Assembly (NCBI RefSeq): GCF_044704955.1
Contig: NW_027254534.1
Coordinates: 62,001 to 126,000, forward strand
DNA length: 64,000 nt
DNA from: Pristiophorus japonicus
Lineage: Eukaryota
Direction of reading: 5' to 3'
Shown: one piece after another, positions 12,348 to 25,519 of the stretch
Numbering within the stretch: the first letter of the stretch is position 1
How the letters are laid out: every line of letters begins with the position of its first letter
The notes under the pieces: model-generated
Told to the model about the DNA's origin: nothing
The model's input: only the letters and a program-made list of their open reading frames with translations
The model's database searches: none
Program-made: the position numbers and the translations under genes

Positions 12348-12849
12348 CTGGGATATTTCCAAGCATGTTCTCACTGCCCCTGGAATTTTAATGCATTGAC
12401 CCCCTGGGTGTGAGGCCAGCACTCTGTGCCATTAAACACTGGAGTGAAGCCGAGTCCTGCAGCCACACAGTCACTAGGTGCTAACTGTCTTGAGTGACCT
12501 TGGGGCGATTAGTCCCACTTTTGGGCTGGTTGTGGTTTCTTCCCGCTTCCCTTGGATTGCATTTTTATTTGTTCCCTCTGGTTTGGTTTCACTTTCATTG
12601 CTGGACATACCACTCAAAGCACTTTATCCGATCTGCCCCTGGGAATGAGCAGACTCCTCCCTCATTTCCCACACTGCACCGTCTCGCTTCCTCTTTCCCC
12701 CTTAGTTGTGTTGCACACTCTGGGCCCTGGCCCTTCCCCGGGGATTCTCAGTATGAACAGGGGGGATGTGTGTTGAGACAGGATGTCCCAGCTCTCCACC
12801 TTTAAAGGGACAAGGAGAGGACCCGCTGGGCTGAATGGCCCTGCTTTAT

Positions 12850-13640
12850 GACATCACTGCAGTGCCTAGCAACCAACCTCCCTGAGCCGGAGCCGCAGGT
12901 TGTTGTTCGGGGCCTGAGGCCCACAGCGGGTGTGTGTGAAGCGGATAATGCGGAATGTTGTCTCTTGGACGGGCGGGGCCTGTGCACGCACTCGGTGTGT
13001 GTGAAGTCCGCGGCCGGCCCCCCGGGGTTTATTAACCCGTTCCCTCCCTCCGCCCATCTCTCACCTGCTGCCTCAGACACAGCCGCCCCACCGCGCATGC
13101 TCAGCTCACATTGCCCGGGTGATTGACAGCAACTCCGGACCAATAGAAAGAGCGGGGGCGGGGCTGGAGGATCGAGCGGGCAGTTGGTCCTCCAACCAAT
13201 CGAAGTGTGCGAGAGGCGGGGCTGAGCCTGGTTGTGGGCGGGGCCCAGCCCGGGTGTTGCTGCCAATGACCAGACTGACGGACCTGGGCGGCGCCACAAG
13301 ATGTTCCCCCGGGATCGCAGCAGCTTCTCAACCCCCGGCCGCGGGCCCTCAATAAGCTGCTAACCGGCCCAATGATTCAGGCCTGAACAGCAGAGGCTGC
13401 GGGATCCTTGTCCCATCCGTCAATCACACCATCCTGCTGAAGGAAAGTTCCAGAACAAACTGCCCGCCCAGCACCACGTGTGCTCGGCCTGACTGACGGG
13501 AGCTCGGACCAATAGGAAGAGCCCCGGCAGAGATGGGCGGAGCGAGCTGGCGGCGGGTCCTCCAACCAATGGCGGCGCAGCAAGGGGGCGGGGCCTGGTG
13601 CCCAGCTCAGGTGTGCGGGGGCCGATTGTGACGCGCTGTC
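12850..13640. promoter_or_regulatory. CpG-island-like promoter with paired CCAAT and GC boxes
   Basis: High CpG density; CCAAT at 13140, 13196, 13509 and 13566; several GGGGCGGGGC; GCGCATGCTC at ~13093. Confidence 0.7.
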
Positions 13641-13664
13641 CCCAGGTGAGAGCAGCTGAGTGAG

Positions 13665-14322
13665 CCCAGAGCTGGGACTGGAATCTGGGTGAGGGGCCAC
13701 AGTGAGCACAGAGCTGGGGCTGGAATCTGGGAGAGGGGCCACAGTGAGCACAGAGCTGGGGCTGGAATCTGGGAGAGGGGCCACAGTGAGCACAGAGCTG
13801 GGGCTCGAATCTGGGAGAGGAGAGCTGGGACTGGAATCTGGGAGAGGGGCCACAGGCAGCACAGAGCTGGGGCTGGAATCTGGGAGAGGGGCCACAGGCA
13901 GCACAGAGCTGGGGCTGGAATCTGGGAGAGGGGCCACAGGCAGCACAGAGCTGGGGCTGGAATCTGGGAGAGGGGCCACAGTGAGCAGAGAGCTGGGACT
14001 GGAATTTGGGAGAGGGGCCACAGTGAGCACAGAGCTGGAGCTGGTATCTGGGAGAGGGGCCACAGTGAGCACAGAGCTGGGGCTGGAATCTGGGAGAGGG
14101 GCCACAGTGAGCACAGAGCTGGGGCTGGTATCTGGGAGAGGGGCCACAGTGAGCACAGAGCTGGGGCTGGAATCTGGGAGAGGGGGCCACAGTGAGCACA
14201 GAGCTGGGATTGGAATCTAGGAGAGGCCACAGTGAGCACAGAGCTGGGGCTGGTATCTGGGAGAGGGGCCACAGCGAACACAGAGCTGGGGCTGGAATCT
14301 GGGAGAGGAGCCACAGTGAGCG
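13665..14322. repeat. 42-bp G-rich minisatellite, ~15 copies
   Basis: GAGCTGGGGCTGGAATCTGGGAGAGGGGCCACAGTGAGCACA; 14-aa periodic ORFs on both strands. Confidence 0.96.
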
Positions 14323-15094
14323 GCCTTTCAAAGGGCCAGAGGGACATCAGCATCACCTGATAAGTTATTCAAATACACATTTCCTGCAGTATCAGAGACA
14401 GCCTCTGTCACTTTGCAAAAACTGTTTAATAATGGCCCGGAATTTGTGGTCAGCAGTGAAGCAAATACTTTCACCCCCGGCCCCAAAGTAAGCTTCCCAC
14501 AAAGATGTGGCAATCTCTGTCGAGATGTTCGTGTTTTCCGACGTGTTATTCAAATCAACAGAGTGCAGTGGGAATCCCCGAGCGCGAGTTGCTGTGATGT
14601 CAACAAGCTGCCGAAACAGCCAATCAAAATTCTCAACACGAACAAAGAAGTGGATAAGCTCTATAAATGTTTACTTCTTAGAAAAATGTTACAACAAAAC
14701 AAAGATTGGGGCTCCCATATGGGGAAACAGCGAACCTGAAATAAAGATGAACAAACTTTAAAAAAAGGCTTCTTAAATTTAATGTTTATTATAATGGATA
14801 AATTTAACACTGCACAATTTTATTCTTAAAACTGACTGATTTGACATTATCGCACTCACCAGGTGTCATGTCAGTTGATTCAACAAACTCACAAAGACAC
14901 TTCAGTTGGGTGTAAAACTTTATTTGTCCAAAGTCCATCCGAATTTAACCAAGCATCACAGTCTTAGCTAGACATCAATCCTACGACACCTGCTCTACCA
15001 CAAGCCGTCAGTGATTACACCCTCATGACCCGGGTAGAACCTCGGCTGAGTCAAGGAGCTGGGCTCCGTTCTCCCAATATGATGGGTAACTAAT

Positions 15095-16030
15095 TACATA
15101 GAATATACGGCACAGAAACAGGCCCTTCAGCCCAACCAATCCATGCAGGCATTTATGCTCCACTCGAACCTCCTCCCATCCTTCGATATCTGACACTATC
15201 AGCATAATCCTCTATTCCCTTCTCCCTCATGGTCTTGTCTAGCCTCCCCTGAAATGCATCTATATTATTTGCTTAAACCACTCCCTGTGGTAGCGAGTTC
15301 CACATTTTCACCATTCTTTGGGTAATGAAGTTACTTCTAAATTCTCTATTGGATTTCTTGGTGGCTATCTTATATTGATGGCCTCTAGTTATGCCCTTTG
15401 CCACAAGTGGGAACATTCTCTCTGTATCTACTCTATCAAAACCTTTCATAATTTAAAAATACCTCTATTCGGTCACCCCCCCCTCAGCTATCACCTTTCA
15501 AGAAAAAAGAAACTCAGCCTGTTCATCCTTTACTGATAAATATAACCTCACATTTCTGGTATCATCCTTGTAAATCTTTGTTGCACCCTCTCTATGCCTC
15601 TATAAACCTTTTTATAATATGCTGACCAGAATTATACACAAGCATGCTCCAACGAAGGTTCGATACAAGTTTAGCATTACTTCTCTACTTTTCAATTCTA
15701 TCCCTCTATAAATAAACCCTCGTGCTTGGTTTGCTTTTTTATGGCCTTATCAACCTGCGTCGCTACTTTTAGTGATTTGTGTACTTGTATTTTTAAGTTC
15801 CCTTTGCTTTGCAACCCCATTTAGATACATATTTTCCATGCAATATGTGACCTCCTTATTTTTCTTAACAAAATCTTACACTTATCTGTATTGAAATCAT
15901 TTACCAATTATATGTCCATTCTGCAAGTTTATTAAAGTCTTCTTGTAACGTGTTGCGTGTTGCTGTCATCCTCAGTATTGACTATTCCCTACACCCACCC
16001 CCCCAATTTTGTGGCATCCGCAAATTTATT
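15095..16030 (-). mobile_element. CR1 3' portion, degenerate
   Basis: Reverse-complement tail (TACATAGAATATACGGCACAGAAACAGGCC) and KFADA-type RT motif near 16020. Confidence 0.88.
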
Positions 16031-16574
16031 CCCCTTAACCACCCCCCCCCCCCCCCCCCACTTATATAATTGTTCCTGTGTATAACTCGGGTCTATGTAT
16101 AACTCGGGTCAGTGAACATGAGAACACGGCAGTAGAACCACAGCTGCTTCAGAGACCCCTCTCTTATTTCCACTGTCTCAAAGCTGCAGACTGTTCACTC
16201 CTTTCTTTCTCCAGTGCCTTCTATCACCTCTCTGTCTCTGTCTTCACCTGATCTTCCTCTTCTGGCCGCTTTGCTCAGAAACATGTTTTCCTGAGGCTTT
16301 TGTGTCAGCAAAGCACTTGTGGGGCCACGAGACTGGCTGCATGTTCGACCTCAGGCTAACTTTGCTTACCCATGATGCTAGTGTTAGCCACTTTCTCATT
16401 GTTTAGCACGAAATTCCGGCATAAAAGGAGCATTTATCTTCCAACAGACGTATATACAGAATATTAAACTCCAGTCTAATTATTCTGGGTTATTATCAGC
16501 ATCAACAAACCCCCTAAAATACCATAATTAACATGGGTCAGGCCTGAGTGTGATTAATTGCAGAATCAGACCAC

Positions 16575-17985
16575 TGCAGTGAAGTGTGAACTCGCTGGTG
16601 TCTCAGCAGGTCAGATGGACTGGTGAATCACTTTTCACTCAGGGCGCAGGGGAACGGCCTCTCCCCGGTGTGAAGCCACTCATGTTTCAGAAGGCCGGAT
16701 GATTGTGTACACGTCTTACCTCAATGAGAGGATTTGAACGGGCTCTCGTCAACGGTCTTTGGAGCTCCTGAAGCTCTTCTCACTGTCGGAACATTTAAAC
16801 GGTGCCTCCTCGCTGTGAACTCACCAGGGTCGCTGACCTCCCAAACCTCTTCCCGCAGTGAGAGCAGCTGAACGGCCTCTCCCCGGTTGATGCATCTTTA
16901 GTTCCTCAGTGCTTTTAAAGCTCCTCTTGCATTCGGGGCATTTATAGGGTCTCTCGTCAGTGTGAACTCGCTGGTGCACATGCAGGTAGGATAAATGAGT
17001 GAATGCCCTCCCACACACGGAGCAGGAGAACGGTCTCTCCCCGGTGTGAATCTGCTGGTGTGTCAGCAGATTGAATGACTGAGTAATCGCTTCCCACATA
17101 CTGAGCAGGTGAACGGCCTCTCCCCAGTGTGAATTCGCTGGTGTACCAGCAGGGTGGATGAACAAGTGAATCGCTTCCCACACACGGAGCAGGTGAACGG
17201 CCTCTCCCCAGTGTGAACTCGCTGGTGTACCAGCAGGGCGGATGAACACGTGAATCGCTTCCCACACACGGAGCAGGTGAACGGCCTCTCCCCAGTGTGA
17301 ACTCGCTGGTGTACCAGCAGGGCGGATGAACACGTGAATCGCTTCCCACACACTGAGCAGATGAACGGCCTCTCTGCAGTGTGAACTCGCAGGGTGTACC
17401 AGCAGGGCAGATGAATGAGTGAATCGTTTCCCACACACTGAGCAGATGAATGGCCAGTGTGACAGCGCTGGTGCTGTATCGGGTTGCTGGACCATTTAAA
17501 GCTCTGCTCACAGTCAGAGCATTGAAAAGGTCTCTCCTCGCTGTGAACCAACTCGTGTGACAACAGATTGTAAGACTGTGTAAACCTCTTCTCACAGTGA
17601 GAGCAGGCGAACGGTCTCTCCCTGGTGTCTCAGCAGTTTCCACGAGTGGTTAAATCCCTTCACACACACGGAGCAGATGAATGGCCATTTTCTGGTGTAA
17701 CTGTGTTGATGAGTTTTTAGCTGAGACACAGAGTTTACTCTCGTCCCACAGTCCCCACATTGATGGGGTCTCTCCACAGTACGGCTGCACTTGTGTCTCC
17801 CCATGCTGGATGGTCGGCTGAAGGAGTGTCCACAAAGGGATCACGCGTAAGGTTTGTCCGTTCTCAGATTGCTGCTTTCCACTTCCATATGCCGACAATA
17901 TTCAGGCCCTGACTCTGTCAGATCTTGACGTGATCTTTGCTTCAATCTTCCCTTCTGCACGTCCTCTCCATGTAATGCCCTGACA
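16575..17985 (-). pseudogene. Tandem C2H2 zinc-finger pseudogene (roughly 14 finger remnants, several frameshifts)
   Basis: Finger text switches frame between ORFs 16821-17495, 17063-17563 and 17592-17804; leader SRQDLTES at ~17910-17940; 3' UTR at 16450-16580 resembles 10730-10870. Confidence 0.9.
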
Positions 17986-18124
17986 TTACTAATGACTGTA
18001 AGTGCAGGAGAGAATTTCAGAATACACAATTTTCAATCTTACATTTTCTTTATGTTTTGCCCAAAATTGCTCTCCCTCCTCTCTGCACTGAAATCAAGAT
18101 GTATCACAATCCCACTGTCCCTTT

Positions 18125-21100
18125 AACAACAACAACTTGTATTTATATAGTGCCTTCAATGTAGTAAATTGTCCCAAGGCATTTTACAGGAGTATTGCAA
18201 CACAAACAATTTGACACTGAGCCACACAAGGAGAAATTAGGATATTTGATGTAGGTTTTAAGAAGCATCTTAAAGCAGGAAAGAGAGGTAGAGAAGCAGA
18301 AGTTTAGGGAGGGAGTTCCAGAGCTTAGGGCCCAGGCAGCTGAAGGCACGGCCACCAATGGTTGAGTGATTATAATCAGGGATGCTCAAAAGGGCAGAAT
18401 TAGAGGAGCAGAGACATCTCAGGAGGTTGTGGGGCTGGAGGAGATTACAAAGATAGGGAGGGGCGAGGCCATGGAGAGATTTGAAAATGAGGAGAATTTT
18501 GAAATCAAGGTGTTGTTTAACCGGGAGCCAATGTCGGTCAGCGAGCACAGGGGAGATAGGTGAATGGGACTTGGTGCGAGTTCGGACATGGGCAGCCGAG
18601 TTTTGGATGACCACAAGTTTACGTTGGGTAGAAAGTGGGAGGCCAGCCAAGAGTGAATTGGAATAGTCAAGTCCTGAGGTACCAAAAGCATGCATGTAGG
18701 TTTCAGCAGCGGATGAGCTGAAGAAGGCGGAGACGGGCGATGTTACAGAGATGGAAATAGGCAGTCCTAGTTAGACTGCGGATATGTGGTCGGAAGCTCA
18801 TTTCGGGGATAAGTATGGCACCAAGGTTGCGAACAGTGTGGTTCAGCCTCAGACAGATGCCAGGGAGAGGGATGGAGTCAGTGGCTAGGGAACGGAGTTT
18901 GTGACGGGGACCGAAAACAATGGCTTTGGTCTTCCCAATATTTAATTGGAGAAAATTTGTGCTCATCCAGGACAAGCAATCTGCCAATTTAGAGGCCATG
19001 GAGGGATTGAGAGAAGTGGTAGTGAGGTAGAGCTGGATGTCATCAGTGTACATATGGAAACTGTTGCTTTGGTTTTGGATAATATCACCAAGGGGCAGTA
19101 TATAAATGAGAATTAGGGGGCCAAGGATAGATCCTTGGGGGACACCATAGGTAACGATGCGGGAGCAGGAATTACATAGGATTACATCGGATATACGACA
19201 CAGAAGCAGGTCATTTGGCCCCACTAGACCCGGCAGCGTTAATGCTCCACTCGAGAATCCTCCCATCTTTCCTCATCTAAATCTATCTGCATAACCCTCG
19301 ATTCCCTTCTCCCTCATATGCTTGTCTCGTCTCTCCTTAAATGTATCTATACTATTCACTTCAACCACTCCCTGTGGTAGTGAGTTCCACATTCTCACCA
19401 CTCTTTGGGTAAAGAAGTTTCTTCTGAATTCCCTATTGGATTTCTTGTTGACTATCTTATATTGATAGCCTCTAGTTATGCTCTTCCCCAGTAGTAGAAA
19501 CATTCTCTCTCTGACCACTCTATCAAAACCTTTCATAATTTAAAAGACCTCTATTAGGTCACTCCTTGGCCTTTTTCAATAGAAAAGAGACCCAGCCTGT
19601 TCATCCTTTCCTGATATGTATACCCTCACATTTCTTGTATCATCCTTGTAAATCTTTTCTGCACCCTCTCCAATGCCTCTATATCCTTTTTATATGGTGA
19701 CCAGAACTGTATACAGTATTCTAAGTGTGGTCTGACCAAGGTTCAAAACAGGTTCAGCATAACTTCCCTACATTTCAACTCTATACCTCTAGAAATAAAC
19801 CCGAGTGCTCAGTTTGCCTTTTTATGGCCTTGCTAACCTGTGTCGTAACTTTTAGTGATTGGTGTATTTGTACTCTGAGATCTCTTTGTTCCTCTACCTC
19901 ACCCAGACTCGCTCCCTTCCAGTAATAAGCGACCTCCCTATTCTTCCCACCAAAATGTAATACCTCACAGTTATCTGTGTTGAACTACATTTACCAATTA
20001 TATTCCCATTCTGCAAGTTTATTAATGTCCTCCTCTAATTTGTTGCAGGCATCCCCAGTATTGACTATTGCTCCCAATTTGGTGTCATCCGCAAATTTAG
20101 AAATTGTGTTTTTGATTCCAAAGTCTAAATTGTTAATGTAAATTGCGAACATGTGGTCCCAGCACTGATCCTTGTGTAACACCACTGCCCACCTTCTCCC
20201 ACTGTGGATAGCTACCCTTTACCCCTACTCTCTGCTTTCTGTCTTGAAGCCAGCGAGCTATCCATTCTGCTACTTGTCACCTGACTCTGAAGAGAAGCCA
20301 TTGCAGGTGATTCTCTGGCTACAATTAGATAAGAATGGAACCAGGCGAGTGCACACCCACCCAGCAGGATGATGGTGGAGAGGCATTGGAGGAGGATGCA
20401 GTGGTCAACCGTATCAAAGGCTGCAGACAAGTCAAGAAGGATGAGAAGGGATAGTTTACCTTAGTCACAGTCACAAACAATGTCAGTTGTGACTTTGATG
20501 AGAGCTGTTTCAGTACTATGACAGGGTTGGAAACCTAATTTGATGGATTCAAACATGGAGTTGCGGGAAAGATGGGAATGGTTTGGGAGGTGACAACATG
20601 TTGACGATCTTTGGAGAGGAATGGAAGGTTGGAGATGGGGTGATAGTTTGCAAGAATGGAGGAGTCAAGGGTTGTTTTTTTGTGGAGCGGGGTGATGACA
20701 GATGTGAGGGAAAAGGGGACTGTACGTGAGGGGAGAGAACCATTAACAATGGCAGCGGACATGGGAGCCAGAAAAGGAAGTTGGGTAGTCAGCATATTGG
20801 TGGGAATAGGGTCGAGGCAGCAGGAAGTGGGTCTCATGGACAAGATGAGCGTGGAGAAATCATGAGGGGAAATTGGAGAGAAACTAGAAAAAGATATGAG
20901 TTTAGGGCTAGGGTAGGAGGGAAGTTCAGAGGAAGTTTGGCCCAGTGGGCTAGGGGGAGGAAGGGAAGTGGCAGAGGCGGCTGAACGGATGGTCTCAATC
21001 TTTGAGACAAAGAAGGCCATGAGCTCCTCTCACATTGTCGGAGGAGAGGGTGGAGACTGAGGAGAGTGGTTTAAGAAGATGGTTAGCCATGGACAATAGA

Positions 21101-21150
21101 AGCCGGAGTTTATTTTTACATTCCAGAATGACTCTGGAATAGTGTTCCTG
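18125..21150 (-). mobile_element. L2-clade LINE (RT and C-terminus), split by a CR1 insertion
   Basis: [54 protein letters not shown]; 3' tail ATATAAATACAAG(TTG)n at ~18125. Confidence 0.93.
19171..20288 (-). mobile_element. CR1 3' portion nested in L2
   Basis: ISKFADDTKLG, FFTQRVVRMWNSLP; L2 resumes across GGAGCAGGA / GAAGAGAAGCC. Confidence 0.92.
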
Positions 21151-21179
21151 GAATTAAACACAAGACAGAGACAGAGACA

Positions 21180-22365
21180 GGGTCAATGAGTGCAGTACAT
21201 TTGATGTAGTCTATGTAGATTTCAGCAAGGCTTTTGATAAGGTCCCACATGGCTGACTGGTCATGGAAGTAAAAGCTCGTCAGATCCAGGGCAAAGTGTC
21301 AAGTTGGATCCAAAATTGGCTCAGAGGCAGGAAGCAGAGGGTAATGATTGATGGGTGTTTTTGTGACTGGAAGGCTGTTTCCAGTGGGGTTCCGCAAAGC
21401 TCAGTACTGGAACCTTGCTTTTTGTGGTATATATCAATGATTTAGAATTGAATGTAGGGGGTATGATTAAGAAGTTTGCAGATGATACAAAAAATTGGCT
21501 GTGTGGTTGATAATGAAAAAGAGCGTTGTAGACTGCAGGAAGGTATCAATGGACTGGTCAGGTGGGCAGAATAGTGGCAAATGGAATTCAATCCAGAGAA
21601 GTGTGAGGTGATGCATTTGGGGAAGGCTAACAAGGCAAGGAAATACATAATAAATGGTAGGACACTGAGAAGCGTAGAGGGACTTTGGAGGGCATGTCCA
21701 CAAATCCCTGAAGGTAGCAGGACAGATAGATAAGGCATACAGGGTACTTGCTTTTATTAGCCAAGGTAGCATACAAGAGCCAGGGAGGTTACACTTGAAC
21801 TGTATAAAATACTAGTTAGGCCACAGCTAGAGTACTGTGTGCAGTTCTGGTCACCACATTACAGGAACGATGTGATTGCACTAGATAGGGTACAGAGGAG
21901 ATTTCTGAGGATGTTGCCTGGACTGCAGAATTTTAGCTACGAGGAAAGATTGGATAGGCTGGGGTTGTTTTCTTTGGACCAGAGGAGGCTGAGGGGAGAC
22001 CTTATTGAGGTGTATAAAATTATGAGGGGCCTAGATAGAGTGGATAGGAAGGACCTATTTCCCTTAGCAGAGGGGTCAACAACCAGAGGGCATAGATTTA
22101 AAGTAATTGGTAGGAGGTTTAGAGGAGTTTTGAGGGGAAGTGTTTTCACCCAGAGGATGGTGGGGGTCTGGAACTCACTGCCTGAAAGGGTGGTAGAGGC
22201 AGAAACCCTCTCCACTTCTAAATAGTACTTGGATGTGCACTTGAAGTGCAGTAATATGGACCAAGAGCTGGAAAGTGGGATTAGGCTGGATAACTGCTTG
22301 TCGGCCGGCACGGACATGATGGGCTGAATGGCCTCCTTCCGTGCCGTAAATTTCTATACAATGAT
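21180..22365 (+). mobile_element. CR1 RT and 3' end, 5'-truncated
   Basis: FSKAFDKVPH, KFADD and QFWSPHYR motifs; same subfamily as 4640-6033. Confidence 0.92.
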
Positions 22366-22539
22366 CATGAGGAAGTTTAAAAAAAACAGTCCCTGACCAG
22401 AGATTGCTGGATGCTGACACTCGTTGCTCACAAAGATAGCATGTCCCATTCCTCAGGCTGTAGGAATTCACAGAACAATGGCAATGTATCTTGGAGCAGA
22501 GACGGTTAAGTGGAGATGTGATAGAGGTGCTTTTTTTTT

Positions 22540-22872
22540 TAAGAGCAAACAAGGAGAAAATATTGTCAGTGGAAGGATGGCTGGTAATGAGAAGATACAG
22601 ATTTTAGATAATTGGCAAAAGAATCCAGAGGGGGAATGAAGAGACAGTTTTTACGCAGTGAGTTTTTATGTTTTGGAATGCACTGCCTGAATGGTTGGCA
22701 GAAGCAGATTCAATATTAACTTTCAAAAGGAAATTGGATATATAGTTGAAAGCAGAAATTTGCGGGGCTGTGGGGAAAGAGCAGGGGAGCGGGACTAATT
22801 GCGTAGCTCTTTCAGAGAGCTGGCATTAGCATGATGGGCCGAAAGGCATCCTACTGTGCTCTGATTCTGTAA
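22540..22872 (+). mobile_element. CR1 3' end
   Basis: WNALP-coding remnant and GATGGGCCGAAAGGCATCCT..TGATTCTGT tail. Confidence 0.75.
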
Positions 22873-22949
22873 CATCAGCTCCTCTCTGCACACTAGCACG
22901 GAGAGAACATGGAAGAATCTTTAAATCCAGCCCACTTATTGGGGACTCT

Positions 22950-23105
22950 TAACATTAACAAGCCCCAGTTGCCTGAATGTGTTCAGTCCTGGATGTGTTT
23001 AAAAGCACTGGAAATAATGCAATTGAACCACTGCAGTCATGATGTGGAAATTCTGGTGTGTCAGCAGGTGAGATACCCCAGTGAATCCCTTTCCACACAC
23101 TGAGG
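22950..23105 (-). pseudogene. Orphan terminal C2H2 finger plus ZNF 3' UTR remnant
   Basis: Reverse complement reads SVCGKGFTGVSHLLTHQNFH, followed by sequence resembling the UTR after 10730. Confidence 0.75.
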
Positions 23106-23779
23106 TTGACTTGAATGATCCAGGGTCCAAGGGTTTTGGACATCAGGTAATCAAGCTTACAAGAACATAGATTGTGATAATTCCCTCAGTCTGCAGAATA
23201 GAAGTACAGTGGCTTCACAGGCATTCTTCTGGAGTCTGTTCCAACTGACAATGACTTAAATTCAGGGAATGGGATTGTTTGGACCTATCCATTGACCGTC
23301 TCCTGAACTCCTGTTAATTCCGGGAGTTTTGTCCATCTGTGACCAGACTATAACCACAAGCCCGTCTGGTTATCGCACCTATACGGTCCCTGAGGTTATT
23401 ATTAGATTCACACCCAGACACTGGGCCTTTACTTGTCTAGCACTTCATCCCATAACATGGGGCTCAGTAATGTTTCATTCCTCAGAAAATCATCATCATA
23501 AGCAGTCCCTCGGGGTCGATGATGACTTGCTTCCAGACCAAAGATGAGCACCCAGGTGACCAATGAACTCATTTTAAACGGTTTAAACATTTTAAAATGC
23601 CTGTGCCTGAATTATTTTAATGTGAGCTGGCCGTTGCACACCAGCCACCACACGGACTGGACGGAGCAAGGTCTTGGTCCAGTGGTAAGGGGATCCAAGA
23701 CAACTGGAGACCAGGCTCTGCCACATGTGCCAATACATACACACAATCTCAAACATACTCCTACTGTCCTCCTTCCTCC

Positions 23780-24135
23780 CTCCTTCCACAGGGCCCCTCT
23801 CTATCTCTATATCCCTGGATCCTTCCACAGGGCCCCTCTCTATCTCTATATCCCTGGATCCTTCCACAGGGCCCCTCTCTATCTCTATATCCCTGAATCT
23901 TTCCACAGGGTCCCTCTCTATCTCTATATCCATGGATCTTTCCACAGGACCCCTCTCTATCTCTATATCCCTGGATCTTTCCACAGGACCCCTCTCTATC
24001 TCTATATCCCTGGATCCTTCCACAGGGCCCCTCTCTATCTCTATATCCCTGGATCCTTCCACAGGGCCCCTCTCTATCTCTATATCCCTGGATCCTTCCA
24101 CAGGACCCATCTCTATCTCTATATCCCTGGATACC
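23780..24135. repeat. 39-bp minisatellite, ~9 copies
   Basis: CCTTCCACAGGGCCCCTCTCTATCTCTATATCCCTGGAT. Confidence 0.96.
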
Positions 24136-25094
24136 ATTAACTAACAATATTATCGATCTCAGTCTTGAAAGCTCCAATTATCCCAGCATTCACAGCCTTT
24201 TGGGGAGATAATTCCAGTTTTTTTTACAGCCTTTTATATGAAAAAGTGTTTCCTGATTTCCCTCCTAAATGGCCTAGCTCTAATTTTAAGATTATTTCCC
24301 TTCATGATAAAATAGTTTCTCCATATCTAACCTATCGAATCCTTTGAACATTTAAACACGCTAATCTGTAGCTCAATGTTTTTATTTACTTGATATTGGC
24401 ACTAATGTGGATCAGAATTGTGCCCCCTATATTCTAGGAAAAAGCAAGGTTTCTGGGAGATATGACTATGTTGAACTGAGGACTGTACACAGCTGGGTTA
24501 TATCATTGTGTTGTAATCAATGCTCCTATCACACCTAACTCTCATTACTTTCCACAACTTCAAACCATTAGCTTCCTCTTACAACCAGGCTTTAAAAAAC
24601 CCAAGCTCGGTGGCACCAATTACTTCCTGATTTATTTTGCTTTCTAATGTTTTTAACCATCCTTTGTTCCTGTGTATCTCAAACCATTAATTTCTCAACA
24701 AGAAAAAATGAGCTTGTTAGCTGTAGTTAAAGCTTTGATACTTAACTCACTCCAACTGTTTTTTTTTAAACTTTGTTTTAAAATGAGAGGACCTGCTCAT
24801 ACTTTTTTTTTTTTTAAAGTGAAAATTAGTGGCGATAATTAACCTCTGCGTTTGTAATCATGGGTCAGATATTTGAAGTGTTTTACGTCTCTTGTTTTCT
24901 CATCCCTATAAATAGTTTCAGAACTTGTTAACGTGAAGTATTACCATGAAGGAACACAGTGCTAAGTTGTTTATACTGTTGGTTGCTAATCCAAAGCTGC
25001 AATTATCTTGCAGCTCCGATAACTTCATTTATTTAATATCATCAGAACAAGTAAAGCACAACGACATACTGCTCAGCTTAACAGAAGCTCAACA

Positions 25095-25393
25095 TATTTC
25101 TGGTGCCATAAATATAAGATAGTCACTAATAAATCCAGGAGGAAACTCAGGAGAAACTTCTTTACTCAGAGAGTGGTTAGAATGTGGAACTCACTACCAC
25201 AAAGAGTCGTTGAGGTGAATAGCACAGATGCATTTAAGGGGAAGCCAGATAAACACAAGGGACAAAGCTATACAAAGTTATTTTCATCGGGTTAATTAAA
25301 GTAGGGTCAAAAGAGGTTCGAATGGAGCATAAACACCAGTATAGACTGGTTGGGCCGAATGGCCTGTTTCTGTGCTGTATATTCTATGTAATA
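25095..25393 (+). mobile_element. CR1 3' end
   Basis: RNFFTQRVVRMWNSLP-coding segment; tail TATTCTATGTAAT. Confidence 0.88.
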
Positions 25394-25519
25394 GCATGAA
25401 AAGTCAAATAAAGGGAATTATCAGCACAACAGTTTGAAAGATTATCAGCAGTACAAGAATTTATAAAACATTCATCCGTTCCATGTTCATGTGGGCCCAG
25501 CTTTCTGCAGGGCCCTGTG

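Noticed and set aside
13377-14356. Long ORFs (up to 303 aa) on both strands
   Set aside because: By-product of a stop-poor 42-bp minisatellite
14430-15090. Possible Harbinger-like end and LTR-like end (rc AATAAA...TGACA)
   Set aside because: No partner terminus or TSD found
23490-23720. Possible RTE-type LINE 3' end with (TGA)n tail on minus
   Set aside because: Too short and degenerate to assign without a database
23544-24177. Repetitive ORFs of 138-198 aa
   Set aside because: 39-bp minisatellite translations
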